Assembly (NCBI GenBank): GCA_021404905.1
Contig: QWHN01000001.1
Coordinates: 325,275 to 389,274 of the forward strand
DNA: 64,000 nt
Reading direction: 5' to 3'
From: Candidatus Saccharibacteria bacterium CPR2
GTDB taxonomy: Bacteria > Patescibacteriota > Saccharimonadia > Saccharimonadales > QWHN01
Part shown: positions 1 through 7,671 of the stretch, piece by piece
How the letters are laid out: the number at the start of each line of letters is the position of its first letter
How positions within the stretch are numbered: position 1 is the stretch's first letter
The notes under the pieces: generated by a model
Database searches by the model: none
Seen by the model: the letters and a program-made list of their open reading frames with translations, nothing else
Told to the model about the DNA's origin: nothing
Position numbers and translations under genes: made by a program

Positions 1-78
1 AGCCGACCGTAAGCGTCGGCTTTGGCTACTCTACAAGGACACTCTTTTACAATTAAAGTATAATTATGTTTCACCCAT

Positions 79-155
79 CGGGGTGTGGCGCAGTTGGCTA
101 GCGCGTACGGCTGGGGGCCGTGAGGTCGCAGGTTCAAGTCCTGTCACCCCGACCA
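79..155 (+). tRNA. tRNA-Pro (anticodon GGG)
   Basis: 77-nt cloverleaf read by eye. Acceptor CGGGGTG/CACCCCG has C1:G72, typical of bacterial tRNA-Pro. Anticodon stem TACGG/CCGTG, loop CTGGGGG, T-arm GCAGG-TTCAAGT-CCTGT, encoded CCA. Confidence 0.85.
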
Positions 156-183
156 CTTATGAGTTATATCTGTTAAAATATTA

Positions 184-1062
184 ATGCAAATGCAGGAATT
201 TAATACTAGTCAACAAGTTATTGTAAAAGGAGTGTTGTTTGACGATAATTCACTACTTTTGGTGCAAAGAAGTAGCGACGAATCGTATTTTCCTGGTTTT
301 TACGAGTTGCCAGGCGGAAAAGTCGAGAAAGACGAAGATGTAAAAGATGCTCTAAAAAGAGAAATAAAAGAAGAAACGGGTTTAATAATAGAAGTCTCAG
401 AGTTATTACACTCATCCAACGATATAGATAAAAACAATGGGAAACAGTATATTTCACTTGTTTTTAAAGTGTATCTTGAGGACAAAGCAAAGAACTCCAT
501 TAATTTGACAGAATCACATGCGGCTTACCTTTGGGCAAATTGCGAGAACGATTTGGAATCGATAGAGCTTACTGATTTAACCAGAAGTATAATGAATAAA
601 TTATGTAAAGTATCAAAAAATATAAATAAACTAACCAATACTGATAATGTGAATTATGACGTAATTGATATTTATACGGACGGTGGCTCTAGAGGCAACC
701 CGGGGCCATCAGCTTCCGGATATGTAATGTTAACTCCAGACGGAGGAGTAATTGAAGAGGGCGGAGAGTACCTGGGTATAACTACTAATAATCAAGCCGA
801 GTACCAAGCTGTAAAGCTTGCTCTTGAAGCAGCAAGAAAGTATAAGCCATCTCAGTTGAGGTTTTTTATAGACAGCCTGTTAGTAGTAAATCAATTAAAG
901 GGTATTTATAAGATTAGAAATAAAGATTTGTGGCCTGTACACCAGTCAATTAAAAGTTTAAGTTCGACCTATAAAAAAGTTACCTTTCAGCATGTCAGAC
1001 GAGAATATAACAAACTGGCTGACAATAAAGTAAACGAGGTATTGGACTCTTATAGATCTTGA
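184..1062 (+). CDS. Nudix hydrolase fused to RNase HI-like domain
   Basis: The N-terminal half carries a Nudix box (GGKVEKDEDVKDALKREIKEETG). The C-terminal half carries an RNase H-like motif (IYTDGGSRGNPGPSASGYV...NNQAEYQAVKLALE...D). Single 292-aa ORF. Confidence 0.8.
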   Translation: MQMQEFNTSQQVIVKGVLFDDNSLLLVQRSSDESYFPGFYELPGGKVEKDEDVKDALKREIKEETGLIIEVSELLHSSNDIDKNNGKQYISLVFKVYLEDKAKNSINLTESHAAYLWANCENDLESIELTDLTRSIMNKLCKVSKNINKLTNTDNVNYDVIDIYTDGGSRGNPGPSASGYVMLTPDGGVIEEGGEYLGITTNNQAEYQAVKLALEAARKYKPSQLRFFIDSLLVVNQLKGIYKIRNKDLWPVHQSIKSLSSTYKKVTFQHVRREYNKLADNKVNEVLDSYRS

Positions 1063-1226
1063 AAAAAACCATAAACGTGGTGTAAAATAATAGATGCTAT
1101 GGTACCTAGGTGGTCACCCTCGATAAATCGGGGGAGGAAAGTCCGGGCAGCATAGAGCAATGGCAGTTGCTAACGGCAACCAGGGGAAATCCTAGGGATA
1201 GTACCACAGAAACAATACCGCTTGGA

Positions 1227-1352
1227 CGTGCTTCGCACGCAGTTAACAATTAACAGTTTTCAATTTTCAAATAATGTAGTATGGAACTATTAGCTAACTG
1301 TAAACTATTTGGAAACTGGAAGTTGAACATTGAAAATTGCGCGCGAAGCGCG
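1227..1352 (+). repeat. Family-1 structured insertion module, copy in the RNase P P12 region
   Basis: Architecture: CGTGC-TTC-GCACG hairpin, long AT-rich imperfect hairpin (TTTTCAA / TGGAAA repeats), then CGCGC-GAA-GCGCG hairpin. Differs from 1535-1661 at 4 positions. Confidence 0.85.
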
Positions 1353-1534
1353 TATGGGTAAGGGTGAAAAGAGTGGGGCAAGAGCCCACAGCTCCGATGG
1401 GTGACTGTCGGAGGGGGTAAACCCTGCCAGCTGCAAGGTAGTGTGCGCAAACAGGTTGCTCGCCTAGCGTATGCAATATAATTCCGCTTGATCCCGATGG
1501 TGACATCGGGGCTAGATAGATGACCACCCATAAG

Positions 1535-1661
1535 CGTGCTTCGCACGCAGTTAACAATTATCAGTTTTCAATTTTCAAATAATGTAAGTATGGAACTATT
1601 ATCTAACTGTAAACTATTTGGAAACTGGAAATTGAACATTGAAAATTGCGCGCGAAGCGCG
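1535..1661 (+). repeat. Family-1 structured insertion module, copy just 5' of the P4 3' strand
   Basis: 127 nt. Identical to 1227-1352 except for 3 substitutions and one 1-nt indel. Flanked by CATAAG / CTTAGG host stem. Confidence 0.85.
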
Positions 1662-1701
1662 CTTAGGACAGAACCCGGCTTACAAGGTATCTAAGGCATA
1701 T

Positions 1702-1731
1702 AAAAAACACTGCAAACAAGCAGTGTTTTTT
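1702..1731. terminator. Bidirectional intrinsic terminator (rnpB / rplT)
   Basis: Hairpin ACACTGC-AAACAA-GCAGTGT, preceded by an A-run and followed by a T-run. Sits between convergent rnpB and rplT. Confidence 0.7.
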
Positions 1732-1754
1732 ATATTTTTCAAGTTCCTTTAAGT

Positions 1755-2099
1755 CTACTTCTTTACTTGATTAACAACTTCTGAAAATGCCTTTGGGTAA
1801 TTAACTGCAAGTTCGGAAAGAATTTTTCGGTCTAAAATAATATTTTTTTCTTTAAGACCTTGAATAAGTTGGCTATAAGATAGTCCATTTTCTCTTGCAG
1901 CTGCATTAATTCGTGTGATCCAAAGTGAACGAAAATCTCTCTTGCGGTTTCGTCTATCCCTGTATGAGTATTGAAGTGCTCTTATTACTGCTTGCTTACC
2001 AAGTCTGTAACTAGAGCGACGTGAACGAATCATACCCTTTGTTGCCAAGCGTATTTTTTTGTGACGTCTGTGTTTAGTTACTCCGCGTTTTATTCTCAT
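1755..2099 (-). CDS. rplT: 50S ribosomal protein L20
   Basis: 114-aa basic protein ([15 protein letters not shown]...) in the conserved infC-rpmI-rplT order. Confidence 0.95.
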   Translation of the reverse strand: MRIKRGVTKHRRHKKIRLATKGMIRSRRSSYRLGKQAVIRALQYSYRDRRNRKRDFRSLWITRINAAARENGLSYSQLIQGLKEKNIILDRKILSELAVNYPKAFSEVVNQVKK

Positions 2100-2102
2100 A
2101 TT

Positions 2103-2300
2103 CTAGGCTCCTAACAACCTTTTTATATTTTTTACAGTTTTATTATTAGAAATGGTAAGATCCTTGCCATAATTTCTTTTTCGACTACTTGTCTTTTTGC
2201 CTAGAAAGTGATTACTAAAAGCATGGCGGCGCTGCAACTTGCCGCTGCCTGATATCTTAATTCGTTTATGTACACCCTTGTGGGTTTTAATTTTTGGCAC
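2103..2300 (-). CDS. rpmI: 50S ribosomal protein L35
   Basis: 65-aa protein MPKIKTHKGVHKRIK..., lying between infC and rplT. Confidence 0.95.
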   Translation of the reverse strand: MPKIKTHKGVHKRIKISGSGKLQRRHAFSNHFLGKKTSSRKRNYGKDLTISNNKTVKNIKRLLGA

Positions 2301-2787
2301 GTGGATTACTCCTTACTACTATGCTTAGATGTTTTCCTGCTAACTGAGGCTCTTGATCAACTATGGCTGTATCTGCGAGCTTTTCCGTTACTCGCTCTAA
2401 TAGTTTATAACCTATATCTTTGTGGGCAAGTTCTCGGCCTCTAAAAAAGGCTGTGATTCTAACTTTGTGACCTTGATCTAGAAACTCACGAATCTTTTTT
2501 AATTTTATATCCAAATCATGGTCACCAATTTTTAACCCCATTCTGATTTGCTTTAGATCAGAGACAGTTTTTTTCTTATTTTTTTGTTGTTGTTTACTTT
2601 TTTGGTAGTTGTATTTTCCCCAGTCGACTATACGCGCTACAGGTGGATTAGCGTTAGGTGAGACTTCAACTAAATCTAACCCTACCTCATATGCTCGAGC
2701 AATTGCTTCTTCTCGACGTAATACTCCTATTTGTGTTCCGTCAGCTCCTATTACCCTGAGCTCAGATGCTCGGATTGCTTCATTCAC
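2287..2787 (-). CDS. infC: Translation initiation factor IF-3
   Basis: N-terminus INEAIRASELRVIGADG..., IF3 N and C domains. Non-ATG (GTG) start as listed; overlaps rpmI by 14 nt. Confidence 0.93.
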   Translation of the reverse strand: MNEAIRASELRVIGADGTQIGVLRREEAIARAYEVGLDLVEVSPNANPPVARIVDWGKYNYQKSKQQQKNKKKTVSDLKQIRMGLKIGDHDLDIKLKKIREFLDQGHKVRITAFFRGRELAHKDIGYKLLERVTEKLADTAIVDQEPQLAGKHLSIVVRSNPRAKN

Positions 2788-3011
2788 TCGAGTATGTTTG
2801 CTAATTCTTGGGTACTCCTTTATTTTTCTATAGTTTTACTTACACTACCTTGGAGTATACTAGCAGAAGAAATATCAGGGGTCAACAGGGGATTGCATAA
2901 TATTTTTATTTATTGCTTTTGCTCATTGCTTATTCTTTATCCAAACCCAGTGGTGATTAAAAAAGATGTATAGTACAATAAAAATGAATAATGTAAATAG
3001 GGTTATGCTTT

Positions 3012-4517
3012 ATGGCTTCAACTGTAGCCTCAGCTGCAAATTTGGGATTTGACAATGTAATTATTAGTGTAGAGTGTGATAAATCTAAGGGTTTACCGTC
3101 TATAACAATTGTTGGGCTAGGTAATAAAGCTATAGACGAATCAAAAGAAAGAATTAGGGCTGCTCTTAGTAATAGCAAACTAGATCTTCCCAGGCAGCGG
3201 ATAACTTTGAATCTTGCTCCGGCTGATATGCAAAAGGATGGATCGTCCTTTGATCTGCCAATGGCATTGGCAATACTACTAGAAAGTGGGCAGATTCCAC
3301 TTACTTCTTTAAATAAAACGCTGGTAATCGGTGAACTGGCTCTTGATGGTTCAATAAGACCCATAAAAGGTGTACTCGGACACGTCCAAGCTGCGAAAAC
3401 CAATGGATTTAACAGAGTTATATTGCCGCCGGATAATTACTCTCAAGCGTCGTTAATTAAGGACATTGATTTGTTATCATTCGAATCGTTAAGGGATATT
3501 TATAACTATTTTTGCGGATTAACTGATAAACCAAAAACAATGGGCTTTAAGTCTGTTGATTTTAGTAAGCAAACAAGTGAATTTTCCCAGATAGTTGGGC
3601 AAGAACACGCCAAAAGAGCTTTAGAGGTTGCAGCAGCTGGGAGCCATAACATTTTATTCACAGGTCCTCCTGGAACAGGGAAAACCATGCTGGCCAAAGC
3701 TCTGCATGCCATCTTACCGGACCCTGTTGAAACTGAAATCGTAGAGATTACTAAATTATCAAGTCTTTCGGGTGAAAATACATCTACTATTGTGCAAAAA
3801 AGACCATTTCGGTCTCCTCACCACACAACCAGTTATATAGCTATGGTTGGGGGAGGTAGTAACCCAAAGCCAGGAGAAATAAGTTTGAGTCATCGCGGAG
3901 TTTTATTTCTGGACGAACTTCCGGAGTTTGGCAGGGCTACACTGGAGGCTCTTAGACAACCTCTGGAAGATAAGCAGGTTAGGATCTCCCGCGCGAATCG
4001 AAGTGTTTCTTACCCTGCTGATTTTATGCTGATAGCGACACAGAATCCCTGCCCATGTGGTTATTATGGTGATGAGTCAAAGGAATGTGTTTGTACGCCA
4101 AATCAAATCATGCAATACAACAAAAAAATATCCGGGCCTCTGCTCGATAGAATTGATATAGTTGTGCCGGTAAACAGAGTTGAGCACAGAGAGTTACTTA
4201 AAAATAATAAAGAATATTCTGATGAGCCAATTCGAAAGAGAGTATTAAGCGCCAGAAATGTTCAAAAGAAACGTTTCGGGAATTTATCAAAAACAAATTC
4301 TAATATGACCAATAGAGACATTAAAAAACATGTAATTATGACTGACAAAGCCAAAGATTTACTGGTGAGGGCGGGTCAATCACTTAACCTGTCACCAAGG
4401 GCTTGCATTCGTACTATTAAGGTTGCTCAAACAATTGTTGATTTAGATAACTGTGAAGTTGTAGACGTTGCACATATCTCAGAAGCCTTGCAGTATAGGC
4501 AGAGACAAGAAACTTAA
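3012..4517 (+). CDS. comM: YifB/ComM family Mg-chelatase-like ATPase
   Basis: Lon-protease-like N-terminal domain, Walker A GPPGTGKT, Walker B VLFLDELPEF. 501 aa. Confidence 0.9.
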   Translation: MASTVASAANLGFDNVIISVECDKSKGLPSITIVGLGNKAIDESKERIRAALSNSKLDLPRQRITLNLAPADMQKDGSSFDLPMALAILLESGQIPLTSLNKTLVIGELALDGSIRPIKGVLGHVQAAKTNGFNRVILPPDNYSQASLIKDIDLLSFESLRDIYNYFCGLTDKPKTMGFKSVDFSKQTSEFSQIVGQEHAKRALEVAAAGSHNILFTGPPGTGKTMLAKALHAILPDPVETEIVEITKLSSLSGENTSTIVQKRPFRSPHHTTSYIAMVGGGSNPKPGEISLSHRGVLFLDELPEFGRATLEALRQPLEDKQVRISRANRSVSYPADFMLIATQNPCPCGYYGDESKECVCTPNQIMQYNKKISGPLLDRIDIVVPVNRVEHRELLKNNKEYSDEPIRKRVLSARNVQKKRFGNLSKTNSNMTNRDIKKHVIMTDKAKDLLVRAGQSLNLSPRACIRTIKVAQTIVDLDNCEVVDVAHISEALQYRQRQET

Positions 4518-4561
4518 GAAAACGTAAAAAACATAAATATTATGGTATAATATCAGCCATT

Positions 4562-4968
4562 GGGGCTGATCAAAGCTTCGACGTAAGTATTAACATGCTA
4601 TATCCGCGAGCCGTTTTGCATATCGACATTGTGCAATTAATAAATGCAAATTCAGCATTTTCGCGATTTGTTGCATCTCTAAAGTCTACCTTTAGCGTTC
4701 CTCAATTCGCACCAGTTGTAGCTTAATTTATCTACAACCATCAGATGCCTGATACCGATTAAGGCAACACTGGTGTCATATTTATCGGAGTAGGTAAGTC
4801 AAGAGACTTCTTTTACCTCAAGACTCACCGAAACTTTTTGTAAAAGACGGTTTGAATCATTTTGTTTGTTTTATAGAAGCAAGCTGTATTTTTACTAAAC
4901 AAACTACGCTCGTAGACGAATAGCGTGTAACTTAACGGACCGGGGTGCGATTCCCCGCAGCTCCACCA
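4562..4968 (+). ncRNA. ssrA: tmRNA
   Basis: 5' GGGGCTGAT pairs with 3' ...GCAGCTCCACCA. tRNA-like T-arm GGGGTGCGATTCCCC. Candidate tag ORF 4646-4726 (ANSAFSRFVASLKSTFSVPQFAPVVA*). smpB lies nearby. Confidence 0.9.
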
Positions 4969-4977
4969 AGATAAGAC

Positions 4978-5000
4978 ACCGACCATTTGGTCGGTTTTTT
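4978..5000 (+). terminator. Intrinsic terminator after ssrA
   Basis: ACCGACC-ATTT-GGTCGGT followed by TTTTTT. Confidence 0.8.
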
Positions 5001-5093
5001 ATCTTGACAGGGATTTTGCGTGGGTAATCGCACCCGAGAGGGTGCAGATGATCAAGGTCGGGTCTTTTTATGGTGATTTGGTATCATGTTGTT

Positions 5094-5618
5094 ATGCCAA
5101 AACAATCAGCCGGGATACTACTCTACAAGATAGAAAACGATAGTCTTAAAGTGTTATTAGTACATCCGGGTGGACCGTTTTGGGCAAAAAAGGATAACGG
5201 TGTTTGGTCAATCCCGAAAGGAGAGTATGAACCCAAGGATAATGCTCTAAAAGCCGCAAAACGCGAGTTTGAGGAAGAAATAGGTAGTCAGTCACCAGAA
5301 AGTCACTATGAAGAGATCGGCGAAGTTCATATGAAAAGCGGTAAAGCCGTGCGGGCATGGGCAGTCGAAGGCGATTTGGATGTGAATAAGATAAAAAGCA
5401 ATACGTTTGAAATGCAGTGGCCACCGCGCTCCGGACAAATCCAAACATTTTCGGAAGTTGATAAAGCAGAGTGGTTTGAATCTCCCGTTGCAAAAGTAAA
5501 AATTAACATGGCACAAATTCCATTCGTTGAACGACTGGAAAAGTTACTAAAAATTAAGCAAACAACAGACGATTTAAACAGCAAAAGCAATATGCAACGC
5601 TCATTGTTTGAAAATTAA
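5094..5618 (+). CDS. NUDIX family hydrolase
   Basis: Motif GVWSIPKGEYEPKDNALKAAKREFEEEIG. I prefer the start at MPKQSAG (ATG 5094) over the ORF-track start at 5070. Confidence 0.8.
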   Translation: MPKQSAGILLYKIENDSLKVLLVHPGGPFWAKKDNGVWSIPKGEYEPKDNALKAAKREFEEEIGSQSPESHYEEIGEVHMKSGKAVRAWAVEGDLDVNKIKSNTFEMQWPPRSGQIQTFSEVDKAEWFESPVAKVKINMAQIPFVERLEKLLKIKQTTDDLNSKSNMQRSLFEN

Positions 5619-5786
5619 AACAACGGCCTGCGAGAAGCCGTTGTTTCACTGGTCATTTTTGTTTTTAATCGTTTGAATACTTTTTTTATTCAAACGATAA
5701 TTACATCTTATAGCAGTAGCATTTTGTCTGTCAATACATTTTATGAAGCCTGTGTATAACTCAATAGCGATATTTTTCTAAAATGC

Positions 5787-6230
5787 TTATGATTTTTGCT
5801 TAAAATGACGATTTATATCACGTATTTCATCACGTTTTTTTATAGTCATGCGTTTGTCGTAAAGTTTCTTCCCTTTGCCAATCCCAATTTCCATTTTTAT
5901 AAATTTTTTGTCTATGCCTACTGAAAGTGGGTACACGCTATAACCATTTTGTTTGCATGAAATTATGTGCTTAAGCTCACGATTTTTTATTAATAATTTT
6001 CGCGGACGTATCGGGTCATAATTTTCAATAGCAGCATTGGCATACTTTGAAATATGAGCATTAGTGAGCCAAGCTTCATGGTTCCTTATACTAACAAACG
6101 ATCCTTTGAGACTTATGTGTCCTGCGCGGATGCTTTTTGCTTCATGTCCTGCAAGTACAATACCAGCAACAATTCTTTCGTTAGTATCATAGTCAAAATT
6201 AGCTCTGCGATTTTTTGCAATAACATTCAT
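5787..6230 (-). CDS. smpB: SsrA-binding protein SmpB
   Basis: Starts NRRANFDY..., contains GHEAKS and KLLIKNRE. 147 aa, close to ssrA. Confidence 0.95.
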   Translation of the reverse strand: MNVIAKNRRANFDYDTNERIVAGIVLAGHEAKSIRAGHISLKGSFVSIRNHEAWLTNAHISKYANAAIENYDPIRPRKLLIKNRELKHIISCKQNGYSVYPLSVGIDKKFIKMEIGIGKGKKLYDKRMTIKKRDEIRDINRHFKQKS

Positions 6231-6767
6231 AACGTTAATTATACTTCATGGACCTATGGATCTTTACTATATTTAATAGGGCACTTAAGAAATGTGTGTA
6301 TGTTATTAGAATACAAAATTAGTGCATAAGTATTTTATTAAATATTTAAAGTATTTTGAGTACAAACTTAGCAAATTAAAACATAAAATAGAACTTGTAG
6401 TTACAAACACAACGTAAATACAAATACCAGCACCACTAGATAGTTGTTAATAATACTACTATATAAACAACATTAAATATTGACAAAACATAAGCCTTAT
6501 GTAAATAATTAAAACGCTATAAGTTCATTAAAAATAAAAATTAGTAAGACCCTTTAGTGCTTTAACAGGACAAATAGAGTATCTAAGCGTCCTACGAATT
6601 TAGGACACCGTTTGGCTATAAAAAGTCAGGCAAGCCCCATGCCTATTATTAAATTAATGGGCAACAAATAGCTTGAGCGGCAAGCGCTACAAAAATATAA
6701 AGTTAGAGCGGATTTGTCGCTCAAGCATAAAAATTAATAACTTGTACATTAATGTTTAATGTGAATC

Positions 6768-7133
6768 ATGGGTTTATCTAGTACAAAAAAATTTGTCGTA
6801 ACTAGCACACTTCTTCTAGTAGTGTGCATTTTTTTACTTTTTACTTATATGACAAATTTCAGCCCAAGAGATACAGCTCCAACAGGATCATTAATAGTAT
6901 TTTTATTAATCTATATGTCAATCGTGCTTTTTATTTCCATTTTCAAGAGTCTAAATCATTCTTATATGGGTAAAAGTATAAGAGTAGGTGACATTTTGTT
7001 GAAAAGCGCTGTGCTTGGTTTGTTGCCAGTAATGTTAATATCTTTATTTAGCATAAAACAGGTAGGAGTTTTTGACATAGTGTTGGTTGTTATTTTATTT
7101 GGCTTGCTAAACTTTTATTTCAGGAGAAATTAA
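6768..7133 (+). CDS. Small multi-pass membrane protein (hypothetical)
   Basis: 121 aa with about four hydrophobic helices. First gene of the cluster that includes the VirD4-like ATPase. Confidence 0.55.
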   Translation: MGLSSTKKFVVTSTLLLVVCIFLLFTYMTNFSPRDTAPTGSLIVFLLIYMSIVLFISIFKSLNHSYMGKSIRVGDILLKSAVLGLLPVMLISLFSIKQVGVFDIVLVVILFGLLNFYFRRN

Positions 7134-7177
7134 TTTGTTAATTAGTTACTAATTAGCTTGTATAATGTAGTTATATT

Positions 7178-7624
7178 ATGGAAAATACTCAAAACAATAG
7201 TCCAGCTCCAGAGGCAGCGCCAAATATTAGCCCTGTATCCAGTAGCGAAAAAAATGGTGGTTTTGAAGCACCATCCTATAAACCCGAAAGGGCTGGAGCT
7301 GCTCCCCAAGAAACTGCTGGCGGGGGAGAGAGTGCCTCCCAAAGTCACACAATACCGCTACCAACAGTTGCTCCTTTGGCTACAGTTCCTGTTGGCGCTC
7401 AGCCCCAGCAAACAGACCAAAGCGGCACCCAGAGTCATAGCGGAGTTGGTCCGACAATCGCCGATGATGTTGATTTGATTGAAAAGGAATGGGTGCAAAA
7501 AGCTAAGAATATTGTGGAAGATACCCGAGATGATCCCCACATGCAGGAAAAAGAAGTCAGCAAATTGCAGGCTGATTATTTGAAAAAAAGATACGGTAAA
7601 GAGGTGAAAATTATTAAAGATTAA
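7178..7624 (+). CDS. Hypothetical protein (P/A/Q-rich N-terminus, charged helical C-terminus)
   Basis: 148-aa ORF with an ATG start, directly upstream of the ATPase gene. TATAAT-like box at about 7160. Confidence 0.55.
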   Translation: MENTQNNSPAPEAAPNISPVSSSEKNGGFEAPSYKPERAGAAPQETAGGGESASQSHTIPLPTVAPLATVPVGAQPQQTDQSGTQSHSGVGPTIADDVDLIEKEWVQKAKNIVEDTRDDPHMQEKEVSKLQADYLKKRYGKEVKIIKD

Positions 7625-7671
7625 TAAAGCGTTAAAAAAAATATACTAACGCTTTATACTAATACTTGTAT

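Larger units (their letters stand above)
1095..1699 (+). ncRNA. rnpB: RNase P RNA (bacterial type A core) with two large insertions
   Basis: Conserved P4 strands GGAGGAAAGTCCGGGC (1133-1148) and ACAGAACCCGGCTTA (1668-1682). GGTAAGGGTGAAA motif after the first insertion. Terminal P1-like pairing ATGCTATGGTACCT / AGGTATCTAAGGCAT. Ends are approximate. Confidence 0.9.

Noticed and set aside
1250-1557. Two minus-strand ORFs (98 and 87 aa) antisense to RNase P RNA.
   Set aside because: They lie entirely within rnpB and its insertions, with no start context. They are artefacts of a stop-poor GC-rich RNA gene.
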